A stretch of DNA of 64,000 nt from an uncultured Gammaproteobacteria bacterium (GTDB lineage Bacteria > Pseudomonadota > Gammaproteobacteria > Steroidobacterales > Steroidobacteraceae), in assembly GCA_963707235.1 (NCBI GenBank), contig CAVPPC010000004.1, positions 1,960,812 to 2,024,811 on the forward strand, written 5' to 3'. Shown in pieces: positions 44,620-53,928 of the stretch. The position numbers were made by a program, and so were the translations under genes. The notes beneath the pieces were generated by a model. That model saw only the letters and a list, made by a program, of their open reading frames with translations. It ran no database searches and had not been told where the DNA came from. Position 1 is the first letter of the stretch; the number at the start of each line of letters is the position of its first letter.

Positions 44620-44808
44620 GGCCTGGGCACTTGTAGCGGGAAAAGCCGCGGCACTTTAAGGCCCTGCCGCGTTGCCCGCAAGCCGCACCCGCTGGCGACA
44701 GCAGGCCACCAGGCATTTTGTCTGCATCACAACGGAAATCCGTGGAAAGTCTTTGCCAGTGAGGCGGTTACGATCTCGGTGATCTGAGAGATTCACCACA
44801 AGATTGGA

Positions 44809-44828
44809 TATTGACTTATATGTCAATA
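44809..44828 (+). promoter_or_regulatory. Palindrome TATTGAC-N6-GTCAATA at the 5' edge of the low-GC cassette (candidate operator/promoter)
   Basis: The 7-bp arms are perfect. The left arm contains TTGACT (-35-like). It overlaps the first possible start codons of ORF 44811. Confidence 0.35.
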
Positions 44829-45347
44829 AGAGCTGAAATCGTAGCGCGGGTATTGGATGGCCGGCTCAAGAAATTGACTCCGCTGGTACCCGGCAAAGTA
44901 GAAGTCCGCAAGATCTATCTGACCATGAACGTTGTAGACGCACTGAACGGAATCGATGTCACGGGCCATGAAGCGCGCCTGTTCGGCCTTGCGCAGGCCA
45001 GACTTGAACAGTTCATTGGTGGAGACGAATTTGTCTGCAGGCTACCGCCGTCAAGAAAGTCCTCAAGAGAGAAAGGCGTGCCAGCTTTGGCAATGCTGGA
45101 ACCTGCGGATGACCAAGCTTGGGAGTTTCCGATTGGCACGTTGCGTCTCTTCGGGCGGTTCGCGGTCAAGGATGTGTTCATTGTCACCAACTGGGGCTTG
45201 CGCCAGCTTCTCGATGACGACGAGATCAAATGGCGGTTCGTCATACAAACCTGCAAATCCGAATGGACGAAGCTGTTTCAGCCCTTCAACCCCCTGAGTG
45301 GAACCCACCTTCATGAATACCTCAGCAACGCACGAACTCCTGTCTGA
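44811..45347 (+). CDS. Hypothetical protein in the low-GC cassette (up to 178 aa); weak resemblance to the RelE/HigB/Gp49 toxin core
   Basis: This is the only long ORF in an AT-richer stretch. 'AWEFPIGTLRLFGRFAVKDVFIVTNWG' is reminiscent of the W-E-x-R...R-hydrophobic beta core of Gp49/HigB-type toxins. The start is uncertain (TTG 44811, ATG 44820 or the internal Met 'MNVVDAL'). Confidence 0.45.
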   Translation: MTYMSIRAEIVARVLDGRLKKLTPLVPGKVEVRKIYLTMNVVDALNGIDVTGHEARLFGLAQARLEQFIGGDEFVCRLPPSRKSSREKGVPALAMLEPADDQAWEFPIGTLRLFGRFAVKDVFIVTNWGLRQLLDDDEIKWRFVIQTCKSEWTKLFQPFNPLSGTHLHEYLSNARTPV

Positions 45348-45696
45348 GATCAAATCAGCTGCGAAATTGCGGCCAAAAACCATTGGATATTTTGAAGGCC
45401 GCCTCACAGGCCTCCTGCACCAGGCGTTACTCGCGCTGCTGCGCGCGATGGAGAAAAGGGAGGGTTTTTCCAGGCGGCAATTTGCAACCCGCATAGGCAA
45501 GAAGCCCGAGCAGATCACCCGCTGGTTTTCGTCCCCGAACAATTTGACGCTTGGAACGATCAGCGCACTGTTTCTGGGCGCCGGCTACGAAATACGCGGC
45601 TTTGTAGTCACAGAACTGGCGACCGGAAATACTGAGCATTTCCCAGCCGTATCGATCAGCAGGATGCCGGGCGCCTCAGTCGACAACCGGACCTAG
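45313..45696 (+). CDS. XRE-family helix-turn-helix protein (antitoxin/regulator-like)
   Basis: 'FSRRQFATRIGKKPEQITRWFSSPNNLTLGTISALFLGAG' matches the XRE HTH pattern. The gene overlaps the upstream ORF by about 35 nt. An alternative start exists at 45298. Confidence 0.6.
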   Translation: MNTSATHELLSEIKSAAKLRPKTIGYFEGRLTGLLHQALLALLRAMEKREGFSRRQFATRIGKKPEQITRWFSSPNNLTLGTISALFLGAGYEIRGFVVTELATGNTEHFPAVSISRMPGASVDNRT

Positions 45697-46796
45697 TCCA
45701 GCCGCTTGCGGAAGCGGGTCGCCGCCAGTGTCATGGCCAGCACCAGGAAAATCGCCAGTTTCACCACCGGCCACCACAGATCGTGCAACGTGGCGCCACG
45801 CAGGATCACGCCACGCAAAATCTCGACGAAATGCGTGAGCGGCAAGGCCTGCGCCAGGTATTGCACCACGATGGGGCTGCCCTCGAACGGGAATGCAAAT
45901 CCCGACAGCAGGATGGAGGGCAGCAGCGTGAAGAAGCCCAGCTGCATGGCCTGAAATTGCGTGGTCGCGAGCGTCGAGATCACCAGGCCGAGGCTCAGCG
46001 TCGCGGCGATGAACAGCCCCGCGCCCAGATACAAATTGAGCAGGCTGCCGTTGATCGGCACGTTGAACAGCAGCACGCCGACCAGCAGCACCAGCGTGGT
46101 CTGCACCAGCCCGACGCCGATGTACGGCAGGATCTTGCCGACCATCAATTCGATCGAACGCACCGGCGTGGTGATCAGCAGCTCGAGGTTGCCACGCTCG
46201 CGCTCGCGCACCAGCGCGATGGCGGTGAAGATCACCATCGTCATGCTGAGGATCACGCCGATCAGCGCCGGCACCACCTGCACCGCCGTGCGCCGCTCCG
46301 GATTGAACTCGGTCAGCACCTCGATCGCCGGCACCGCGCGGCTTACCAGCCCGGTGCGTCCGGGCAGCGGCGCATCCGTGATCGCGCGCACCGCAGTGTC
46401 GACACCCGGACGCGTGCCATCGACGATCACCTGCGCGACCGGCCGCGAGGCATCGATCCGCCGGCGTTCGAAATCAGGCGGGATGTACAGGCCTGCGTGC
46501 ACGGTGCCGGCGACGATCAGGCGCCGCAGCTCATCCGCCCCGGCTGGCCGCGCGACGAAATCGACCACCTGGCTTGAGGCGACATCGGCGATCAGCGAAC
46601 GCGAAGCCTGCGTGTTCGCCAGATCAACGACGCCGGCGCGAATGTGGCGCACGTCGTAGTTGATGCCGTAGCCGAAGATCATCATCTGCAACAGCGGAAT
46701 GCCGATCACCATCGCGAGCGTCAGCCGGTCGCGCGACATCTGCCGCAGCTCCTTGACGGCGATGGCGCGCGTGCGGCGCAGTGAGGCGGGCAGCAT
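45693..46796 (-). CDS. ABC-2 type transporter permease (YbhS/YhhJ-like)
   Basis: 367 aa, with a large N-terminal periplasmic loop followed by 5 TM segments ('VVPALIGVILSMTMVIFTAIALVRERERGNLELL'), the ABC2_membrane pattern. Confidence 0.85.
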   Translation of the reverse strand: MLPASLRRTRAIAVKELRQMSRDRLTLAMVIGIPLLQMMIFGYGINYDVRHIRAGVVDLANTQASRSLIADVASSQVVDFVARPAGADELRRLIVAGTVHAGLYIPPDFERRRIDASRPVAQVIVDGTRPGVDTAVRAITDAPLPGRTGLVSRAVPAIEVLTEFNPERRTAVQVVPALIGVILSMTMVIFTAIALVRERERGNLELLITTPVRSIELMVGKILPYIGVGLVQTTLVLLVGVLLFNVPINGSLLNLYLGAGLFIAATLSLGLVISTLATTQFQAMQLGFFTLLPSILLSGFAFPFEGSPIVVQYLAQALPLTHFVEILRGVILRGATLHDLWWPVVKLAIFLVLAMTLAATRFRKRLD

Positions 46797-47810
46797 CTAC
46801 GGCCTGCCGCCTGCAGCCGGGAGTGTCGCGCCGACGAATACATCCTCGAGACTGGCGGCCGCGCGGCGCACCACCGCGTGCACCTTGTGCTCGGTCAGCA
46901 AATGCTCGATGCGCGCCACCGCGTCAGCTTCTTCCGGCGCGATCAGCGCGTGGAGCCGGAGCCCCAACTGCGCGAGCGAGCGGAGCGAAGCCAGACCGTG
47001 CAACGCCGCGCGCGCGCCGATCGTGTCTTCGGTGTCGATCTCGATCACCTGAAGCGGCAGATCGGCCATCAGCTTCTGCGGCGAACCGTTGGCGACGATG
47101 CGGCCGCGATCGAGGATCGCCAGCGCGTGGCAGCGCTCCGCCTCGTCCATGTAGTGCGTGGACACCAGGATCGTCGTGCCGCGCGCGGTCAGCGCGAACA
47201 GGCTCTCCCAGAAATCGCGGCGGCTCTGGGGATCAACCGCACTGGTCGGCTCATCGAGCATCAGTAGCGGCGGCTCATGGAGCGTCGCCGCCGCCAGCGC
47301 CAGGCGCTGCTTCTGGCCGCCGCTCAGCGTGCCGGCGGGCCGATCGAGAAATTCGGCCAGGCGGTACTCCTCGACCGCGTGCGCCATGCGCTGCGCCGCC
47401 AACGCTGGCGCCAGCGTGTAGATGCTGGCCATGAACGCCAGGTTTTCGCGCGCGCTCAGGTCTTCCCACAGCGAGAAGCGCTGCGTCATGTAGCCGATCA
47501 GCGTGCGGAGCGACTCGGCCTGGCGTGGAATATCCAGATCGAGCACGCGGATCGTGCCACTGGTCGGCCTTATCAGGCCGCACAGCATGCGTATTGTCGT
47601 TGACTTGCCCGAACCATTGGGACCGAGGAAGCCGTAGATGCGTCCACGTGGAATCGCCAGTTCGGCATTATCGACGGCAACGACGTCACCGAAGCGCCGC
47701 GTCAGGCCGTGCGCTTCGATCGCTGCGCCGGATGCCCCGGCCGCGCCGGTTGTGCCAGCCGCACCGGTCACGCCAGCCAAAGTCACCGCCGCACTCGCGG
47801 CAGCGCTCAC
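46797..47810 (-). CDS. ABC transporter ATP-binding protein
   Basis: Walker A 'GFLGPNGSGKSTT'. Signature 'LSGGQKQRLALA'. Walker B 'LLMLDEPTSAVD'. The GTG start overlaps the HlyD stop. There is a 30+ aa Ala/Gly/Thr-rich N-terminal extension. Confidence 0.9.
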   Translation of the reverse strand: MSAAASAAVTLAGVTGAAGTTGAAGASGAAIEAHGLTRRFGDVVAVDNAELAIPRGRIYGFLGPNGSGKSTTIRMLCGLIRPTSGTIRVLDLDIPRQAESLRTLIGYMTQRFSLWEDLSARENLAFMASIYTLAPALAAQRMAHAVEEYRLAEFLDRPAGTLSGGQKQRLALAAATLHEPPLLMLDEPTSAVDPQSRRDFWESLFALTARGTTILVSTHYMDEAERCHALAILDRGRIVANGSPQKLMADLPLQVIEIDTEDTIGARAALHGLASLRSLAQLGLRLHALIAPEEADAVARIEHLLTEHKVHAVVRRAAASLEDVFVGATLPAAGGRP

Positions 47811-48775
47811 GGCGCCTGGCCCAGCGGCACCTCAACGGGAACGCCCACCGGCAGATCTCGCGCCGCGGGCTCGGGCAAGTCAATCTCCGCCAGGAATGCG
47901 AGCCGGCTGCGATCGCGCTGCGTCAGCGAGAAATAAGGCGTGAAGCTCGCCTCACCGGCGATGTAGCGCAGCGTGCCCGCGAACGGCTGCGCCACGCCAT
48001 CGACGTGCACCGAGAGCGATTGCCCGGCATGGAGCGCCGCGCGTTGCGGCTCGGGAATGTAAACGCGCGCATAGGGCATGCCGGCGGCGAGCATGATGAC
48101 CACGGGCGCACCCAGGATCGGGCGCTCACCGAGCCGGTACGGGAGCGCCTCGATGACGCCGTCGACCGGCGCGACGAGCTGCAGGCGCGAGAGCAGCACG
48201 TCCTGCTGCTGCAGGAGCGACTCGGCCGATTGGAGCGCTGCGCGCGCCTGGGCGAGTTGTTCGCTGCGCGTGCCGGCGAGCAGCAGATCGAGCGCCGCCT
48301 GCGCCGATTTCAGTTGCGCGGCGCTGGTGTCGCGCAGTTGCAGCTGCGCGTCGGCCTGCGACTGCGCCACTAGCCCGCGCCCGACAAGATCGGAGAGCCG
48401 CTCGTATTCCTTCAGGTTCTGGTCGTACTGCGCTTTCGCAGCCGCGACTTGGGCGCGGGCCTGGACGATCTCGCCCGCCCGCGCGCCATGCGTGAGCTCA
48501 TCGAGCCGGTGGCGCAGTTGGCTCGCCTGCGCGGCCACGCTGGCACGGTTGGCGGCCAGCGAACCGCCATCGAGCTGCGCGACTACATCGCCCTGCTTGA
48601 CCGCCTGGCCTTCACGCACCGGCATCGCAATGATCTGCTCAGTGGCGGTCGCGGCGATTTCAAAGCGGTGACGTTCCAGCGTGCCAACCGCCGGCGCCTG
48701 CTGATTCCGTGAGCAGGCGGCCAGCGATGCAGCGACGGCAATCAACAACCAGGCGCGAGGCGCGTATTGCAGCAT
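47807..48775 (-). CDS. HlyD-family membrane fusion / periplasmic adaptor protein (YbhG-like)
   Basis: Lipoprotein-like signal 'LLIAVAASLAACS'. It also has a coiled-coil hairpin region and a beta-barrel ('VHVDGVAQPFAGTLRYIAGEASFTPYF'). Confidence 0.85.
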   Translation of the reverse strand: MLQYAPRAWLLIAVAASLAACSRNQQAPAVGTLERHRFEIAATATEQIIAMPVREGQAVKQGDVVAQLDGGSLAANRASVAAQASQLRHRLDELTHGARAGEIVQARAQVAAAKAQYDQNLKEYERLSDLVGRGLVAQSQADAQLQLRDTSAAQLKSAQAALDLLLAGTRSEQLAQARAALQSAESLLQQQDVLLSRLQLVAPVDGVIEALPYRLGERPILGAPVVIMLAAGMPYARVYIPEPQRAALHAGQSLSVHVDGVAQPFAGTLRYIAGEASFTPYFSLTQRDRSRLAFLAEIDLPEPAARDLPVGVPVEVPLGQAP

Positions 48776-48784
48776 CCCGCCATT

Positions 48785-49447
48785 TTAGCGCAGCGCAGTG
48801 GCGTGCACATCGCTCTGCATGACAATGCTCGCCCGGGAGACGACCGGCGCCCGCCCCGCCGTCAGGCAGCGCTGATGACGCGGGTCGCCGTCGAGAGCAA
48901 GCATTGCAGTAAGCAATGCCTGGCCTGCCAACGGTACAACCAGCCTTTGGCAGTGCGTAACCTCAATGGTCAGCACGTTGGCGTCCTGCACAGCCCGCGG
49001 ACGAAACTCGATTGAATCGTTTGGAATCACCCTTTGGCCGCCGCGCGTGATGCCAAAGCGATCCAGATCGCCACGCGTGGGGTTCAGCACCAGCAGACTG
49101 TCGAGTGTGGTGACGTCCGTCAGGGCGCCGGCATAGGCGATTGCCACATCGCCTGGAGGTGCAACACCGCCGCGGCCGACGCGCACGTACAACGGTACCA
49201 GTGCCCGGGCCAACATCCGCTGCATCACGCCCGGCTCTGCCCCCGCTACTGCACCTTCTCGCGCGGCCAGGAACGTCGCCAGGTTCAGTTCATTCTTGAC
49301 CACCAGCAAGGCAGCGATCTGCAGTATGCCAAGCACCATCGGCAACACGCCGAGGATCAGTGCCAACGCAAACTCAATGAGCGTCGCGCCGTGTTGATGC
49401 ACGATGACTGACCGACACCCGCGCCTGTCAAGATGAGTCAGCGGCAT
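48785..49447 (-). CDS. TadE/TadG-family pilus assembly (pseudopilin-like) protein
   Basis: The TadE N-terminal motif 'HGATLIEFALALILGVLPMVLG' is followed by a soluble domain. Confidence 0.7.
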   Translation of the reverse strand: MPLTHLDRRGCRSVIVHQHGATLIEFALALILGVLPMVLGILQIAALLVVKNELNLATFLAAREGAVAGAEPGVMQRMLARALVPLYVRVGRGGVAPPGDVAIAYAGALTDVTTLDSLLVLNPTRGDLDRFGITRGGQRVIPNDSIEFRPRAVQDANVLTIEVTHCQRLVVPLAGQALLTAMLALDGDPRHQRCLTAGRAPVVSRASIVMQSDVHATALR

Positions 49448-49785
49448 AGCATCAACCGGTCACCGCGGCGCAGCCCCAATCGCACGACAGCGCCGGCTGG
49501 AAATTCCCAGGTGCTGGCCGCACCACGGTCCGCCGCATGACGCCATGGAAGAAGCCTTTCGACGATGCGCAGAATGGCGCCGTCCGCATCGCAGAACACC
49601 ACATCGATGGATTCAGAAAGAAAGAAGGTATGTACCGCACGACACGGGTGCAACCGCCAGGCTTGCGCTGCCCGCTCCGGCGTGGTCGCCAGCCGGCCTC
49701 GGACCCGACTCAGAAACGTGCTGCAGCAGATGACCTGCCAGTCGCTGGGCACGCCGTTGACGGCCATGGCTGCTTGCGAGCGCAC
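49438..49785 (-). CDS. DUF192 domain-containing protein
   Basis: 'RVRGRLATTP...HPCRAVHTFFLSESIDVVFCDADGAILRIVERLLPW...WEFPAGAVVRLGLRRGD' matches the DUF192 pattern often found in Tad loci. Confidence 0.65.
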   Translation of the reverse strand: MRSQAAMAVNGVPSDWQVICCSTFLSRVRGRLATTPERAAQAWRLHPCRAVHTFFLSESIDVVFCDADGAILRIVERLLPWRHAADRGAASTWEFPAGAVVRLGLRRGDRLMLCR

Positions 49786-50562
49786 CTACACGCCCCAAAA
49801 CAGACGCACTGCAATTGGAAACCCGATGACGATGAACGTGCACGGGAAGATGCACAGCACGAGTGGCGCCAGCATCTTGACGGGCGCTTCCATCGCCCGC
49901 TTCTCGGCGCGCGCGAAGCGCTCTCGAGTGCCACGCAGCGCTTGCGCCCGCATCACCGGCGCCAGGCTCACGCCCGTCGCCTCGGCTTGCACGATAGCCG
50001 CAATCGACGCAGTCAGTGCCGAAACGCGCAGCCGCTGGCCGAGCCGCAGCAGTGCCTCAGTCCGGGTGCGTCCAGCGCGCATTTCCTGCATGGCTCGTTC
50101 CATCGCGTCGCGCAGCGGCCCGGGCGCTGAGCGCGCAATGGTCAGCTGCAGCGAAGCACCGAACGCGCAACCAGCTTCGAGACCCAGGGTGAGCAGGTCA
50201 AGATAGCCAGGCAAGTCGCGTGTGATTGACTGGTGGCGACGGCTGGCGCGCTCGCGCAGCCACAGCCACGGCGCTCCTGCTCCTGCAAGGGCGGCCAGCG
50301 CGGCCTGAACAAGCAGCATCAAACCAATCGCGCCCGAAACTGCAATGGCTATCGCGGCCGAAAGACAGGCGAGCAGCCAGACAACGGCCAGCCACTGCTG
50401 CGCTTGCAACTGGTCGTCAAGTCCGGCGCGCTCGAGCAACGCGGTCACCGCACTGAGCGTGCTGTGCAGCAAACTCGCGCCGCACCGGATCACCAGCAGG
50501 CACAAGGTCGCCGTCACCAGGATGAGGCACAACGCCACAGCAATGGAAACCAGCAGCTGCAC
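49786..50562 (-). CDS. tadC: Type II secretion system F-family protein TadC
   Basis: TM-cytoplasmic-TM architecture with 'LPGYLDLLTLGLEAGCAFGASL' (T2SSF domain). It lies downstream of tadB. Confidence 0.8.
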   Translation of the reverse strand: MQLLVSIAVALCLILVTATLCLLVIRCGASLLHSTLSAVTALLERAGLDDQLQAQQWLAVVWLLACLSAAIAIAVSGAIGLMLLVQAALAALAGAGAPWLWLRERASRRHQSITRDLPGYLDLLTLGLEAGCAFGASLQLTIARSAPGPLRDAMERAMQEMRAGRTRTEALLRLGQRLRVSALTASIAAIVQAEATGVSLAPVMRAQALRGTRERFARAEKRAMEAPVKMLAPLVLCIFPCTFIVIGFPIAVRLFWGV

Positions 50563-50567
50563 GGCGA

Positions 50568-51416
50568 TCAGACGTCAATGCGTACCAGCCGGCGCAGCAA
50601 CAACATGCCGCTGAGCTCGAGTACCGCCAGCACCAGCAGCGCGGCCCATCCCTGGGGCGTTGTATACATGAGCCGCATGGCCCGCGGTTCCATGCGCGAC
50701 ATGACGAGCAGCAGCGCCAGCGGCAGCAGGCCGACGATCCACGCCTGCAGCCGTCCCTGCGCCGTCAACGCGTCAATCTTGCCTTCAATGGCCTGCTTCT
50801 CCCGCAGCGTCTGGCTCAATCGGGAAAGCACTTCCGAAAGATTGCCCCCGAGTTGCCGCGCCACGCTGACGGCTGTCATGAACAGCGCCACCTCGGATCC
50901 GCCAATGCGCTGTTGCAAGTCTTCGAGCGCATCGTCGAGTGAGGCGCCCAGCCGGTGCCTGCGGACCACGAGTGTCAGTTCCTGCCCGATAGGCGCCGGT
51001 TGATGCTGCGCGAGGTGCTGAATAGCCGGCAGCAGCGCCAGACCCGAGCGAAGCGACGACGCCAGCAACTCGAGGCAATCCGGCAGTTGCCGCAGCAGCA
51101 GGCGGCGGCGGCGCAGCCGCCACCGGCGTGCCGCTGCCGCCGGCACCAGCAACGCCAGTGCTCCGGCCACGCCGCCCACAACACCATTCTTCGTAACGAA
51201 GGTTACCGAGACCGACACGACGATGACAACACCGGCCAGCAGCAACGCATAACGCCTGGAATCGATGAATAGAAACGCGTCCGGCAAGTCCCGTTCGATC
51301 GTGGCGCGCCGCGACTGGTGCAGTAGCGAAGCCCAGCCGCGCAACGCGGCAAGCACTCCGGGGGCGGCCAGGCACACCGCCACAGCCAGCGCCAGCGCGC
51401 TCAACGCTAGATACAC
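50568..51416 (-). CDS. tadB: Type II secretion system F-family protein TadB
   Basis: T2SSF pattern 'QLPDCLELLASSLRSGLALLPAI'. GGAGG lies 6 nt before GTG 51416. The annotated ORF extends to 51515 but would overlap cpaF by about 110 nt. Confidence 0.8.
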   Translation of the reverse strand: MYLALSALALAVAVCLAAPGVLAALRGWASLLHQSRRATIERDLPDAFLFIDSRRYALLLAGVVIVVSVSVTFVTKNGVVGGVAGALALLVPAAAARRWRLRRRRLLLRQLPDCLELLASSLRSGLALLPAIQHLAQHQPAPIGQELTLVVRRHRLGASLDDALEDLQQRIGGSEVALFMTAVSVARQLGGNLSEVLSRLSQTLREKQAIEGKIDALTAQGRLQAWIVGLLPLALLLVMSRMEPRAMRLMYTTPQGWAALLVLAVLELSGMLLLRRLVRIDV

Positions 51417-52684
51417 GGCAAACCTCCGCCTACCGGCCGATCGAAAAATATGGCGGAGTCGGTCAGCGCACCCGTGGCGCGCAAGCGCTCGAAGCACGAC
51501 GGTATCTGTGCGCACGCGTGGTGTACGCCATCGGCATCGCTGCGAAACAGCTCCTGAGTCTGCACCACGCCGCTATCGCAACCGACAATCTCAACGATGC
51601 TGGTGATACGGCGCGCGCCACCCGCGCAACGCGCCTGGTGGACAATCACATCGAGCGCCCCGGCAATCTGTGCTCGAATCGCTGTGAGCGGCAGATCCAT
51701 GCCAGCCATCAACACCATGACCTCGAGGCGCGAGAGCAGGTCGCGCGCGGAATTGGCATGAGCGGTCGTCAGCGATCCCTCGTGGCCTGAGTTCATGGCC
51801 TGCAGCATGTCGAGCGCCTCGCCGCCGCGGCATTCGCCGACGATGATGCGGTCGGGCCGCATGCGCAATGCATTGCGCACCAGGTCACGGATCGTGACTT
51901 CACCCTGGCCTTCGGGATTGCGGGGCCGCGCCTCCAGCGTCACGACATGATCGTGGTGCAGCGCGAGCTCCGCCGCGTCTTCGATCGTGACGATGCGTTC
52001 CGCGGCGCGGATCAATCCGGCAATGGCGTTGAGCAGCGTGGTCTTGCCGGCGCCGGTGCCGCCGGACACGACGATATTCAACCGCGCCAGCACGGCCGCC
52101 GCCAGAAAGCGCGCCATCGGCTCATTGAGGGCACCGCGACGCACCAGCGCCGGCAAGTCCAGGCGCAGCCCTGAAAAGCGACGAATCGTGACGCACGGAC
52201 CGTTCAATACCAGCGGTGGTAGCACGACGTTGACGCGTGATCCATCCGGCAGCCGTGCATCCACCATCGGTGAGGCTTCATCAACGCGCCGTCCCGCGCC
52301 AGCGACAATCCTGTCGATGATGCTGCGGAGCGCGGCCTCACCGCTGAAAATTCCGGCGCTCGCCTCGATGCGGCCGGCCCGCTCAACGAACACGGCCGTG
52401 GGCCCGTTGATCATGATCTCGCTCACCTCGGGATCAGCCAGCAGCTGCTCGAGGGGACCAAAGCCCAGCGCTTCATCGATCACGGTGCGAACCAGGAACT
52501 CCGGATCCATGTCCGGCGGCAACTCGCGGCGCGCCACGTTTTGCCGGACCACACGCGTGGCCAGTTCGCGCAACGGCGCATCGCCGAGACGCCCGACGTC
52601 GGTGCGGCGCAGGTCGAGTTCGGCGCGCAGTTCTTCCTGTATCTGGCGCGCCAGCATCCGTTGCATTTCGTGCACCCTGGTCAC
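51407..52684 (-). CDS. cpaF: CpaF/TadA-family pilus assembly ATPase
   Basis: Walker A '[15 protein letters not shown]'. Walker B/Asp box '[11 protein letters not shown]'. His box '[12 protein letters not shown]'. '[23 protein letters not shown]' is also present. Confidence 0.9.
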   Translation of the reverse strand: MTRVHEMQRMLARQIQEELRAELDLRRTDVGRLGDAPLRELATRVVRQNVARRELPPDMDPEFLVRTVIDEALGFGPLEQLLADPEVSEIMINGPTAVFVERAGRIEASAGIFSGEAALRSIIDRIVAGAGRRVDEASPMVDARLPDGSRVNVVLPPLVLNGPCVTIRRFSGLRLDLPALVRRGALNEPMARFLAAAVLARLNIVVSGGTGAGKTTLLNAIAGLIRAAERIVTIEDAAELALHHDHVVTLEARPRNPEGQGEVTIRDLVRNALRMRPDRIIVGECRGGEALDMLQAMNSGHEGSLTTAHANSARDLLSRLEVMVLMAGMDLPLTAIRAQIAGALDVIVHQARCAGGARRITSIVEIVGCDSGVVQTQELFRSDADGVHHACAQIPSCFERLRATGALTDSAIFFDRPVGGGLPCI

Positions 52685-53928
52685 GGCGAAGCGCGCTCGC
52701 GCAACAGGCGATCTGCGCGCTCGAGTTGCTGCAGTCCCGGATCCGACGTGTTGCCGCTTGCCGGACGCGCGGCCACGATGCGCGGCGTGATCAACACGAC
52801 CAGCTCCGAGTCCTTGAGCTCGCGGCTGTGCGACTGAAACAGTGGCGAGATCCCGGGCACGGCGCCCAGCAGCGGCAGGCCATGCCGGTCGACATTGCTG
52901 GAGCGATCAACCAGCCCGGCGATGACGATGGTCTCACCGGTGCGGACGTTGACTTCGGTATTTGAGTGGCGCTTCAGGATGCCCGGCACACCCAGCACCT
53001 GCACGCTGCGGTCGATGTCGCTGACTTCCGTCTCGACGCGGGCATAGACGTTGCCGGCGTCGTCGGCCACGGGTTTCACATCCAGGATGACGCCGTACTC
53101 GTGGTATTGCACGTTCGGTGTGCCCTGTCCGTTGGTGACCGGAACCGGCAACTCGCCGCCCGCGACGAAGTGCGCTTCGCCCCCGCTCCTGCAGCTCAGC
53201 GTAGGTTCGGCGACGATGCGCGCCTCGCCTCGTTGGCGCAGCAGGTCGATCGTCGAACTCAGGCGCGCGGACCAGTCGAGATAACCGTGCCGCCCAGGTT
53301 CACCTGCCGAATTCACGTTCGCCGCCGGGCCCTGCAGCACATTGTCCCAGCGGATCCCAAGACTGTTCATCGCCGAATGGCGCACTTCCAGAATGCTGAC
53401 CTGCAGGTGAATCATCGCGTCCCAGCCGACGCGATCGATGAAATCGAAGACCCGGCCCGGATAGGCTTTGACGACCGCCGCCGCGCGCTCGCGGTCGCCT
53501 TCGCTGACTCGTTGCCCCTCGAGCACGATGCGATCGCCAACCAGGCGCGCACTGATCTGGCGGGTGCCTGACAGCAGTTGCTGGATCTGTGTATAAAGAG
53601 CCTCGCCGTTGAACTCGAGCACGTCGAACACATAGCGCCGATGCCCTCCGTCGCGCGTCCACACATGCACGGCGCTTACGCCGGCCGTCTCGCCGAGTAC
53701 CAGCAGCTTGTTGCCCTCCACCTGCACGACCGACAGCACGCGGCCGTTACCCACAGCGACGCGCAGCGCGTCCACATCGAGCACCAGCGTGTCTCCGGCA
53801 AACAGCTCAAGGCGCTGCGTGACAATCGTGTTGGCGGCTGTGGCTGCGCACTGAATCGGGACGCACAGCACCGTCAGCCACAACGCTACGCGCCGGGCGC
53901 AGCCGGACACGTGCCGCAGGCCGGTCAC
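52681..53928 (-). CDS. cpaC: CpaC/RcpA-family secretin
   Basis: Secretin C-domain 'GVPGILKRHSNTEVNVRTGETIVIAGLVD...LPLLGAVPGISPLFQS...ELVVLITPRIV'. Confidence 0.85.
   Translation of the reverse strand: MTGLRHVSGCARRVALWLTVLCVPIQCAATAANTIVTQRLELFAGDTLVLDVDALRVAVGNGRVLSVVQVEGNKLLVLGETAGVSAVHVWTRDGGHRRYVFDVLEFNGEALYTQIQQLLSGTRQISARLVGDRIVLEGQRVSEGDRERAAAVVKAYPGRVFDFIDRVGWDAMIHLQVSILEVRHSAMNSLGIRWDNVLQGPAANVNSAGEPGRHGYLDWSARLSSTIDLLRQRGEARIVAEPTLSCRSGGEAHFVAGGELPVPVTNGQGTPNVQYHEYGVILDVKPVADDAGNVYARVETEVSDIDRSVQVLGVPGILKRHSNTEVNVRTGETIVIAGLVDRSSNVDRHGLPLLGAVPGISPLFQSHSRELKDSELVVLITPRIVAARPASGNTSDPGLQQLERADRLLRERASP

Noticed and set aside
44620-44810. Possible thr-operon leader peptide/attenuator or tRNA upstream of thrA
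   Set aside because: Reading the minus strand, I found no short ORF with a Thr/Ile codon run. There is no clear terminator/antiterminator pair, only an imperfect bulged hairpin near 44770-44790. There is no tRNA-like T-arm sequence.
47703-47810. Ala/Gly/Thr-rich N-terminal extension of about 36 aa on the ABC ATPase ('AAVTLAGVTGAAGTTGAAGASGAA')
   Set aside because: It could be a low-complexity linker or simply an over-extended start call. The GTGA overlap with hlyD supports the long form, but I cannot distinguish the two, and the feature alone is not informative.
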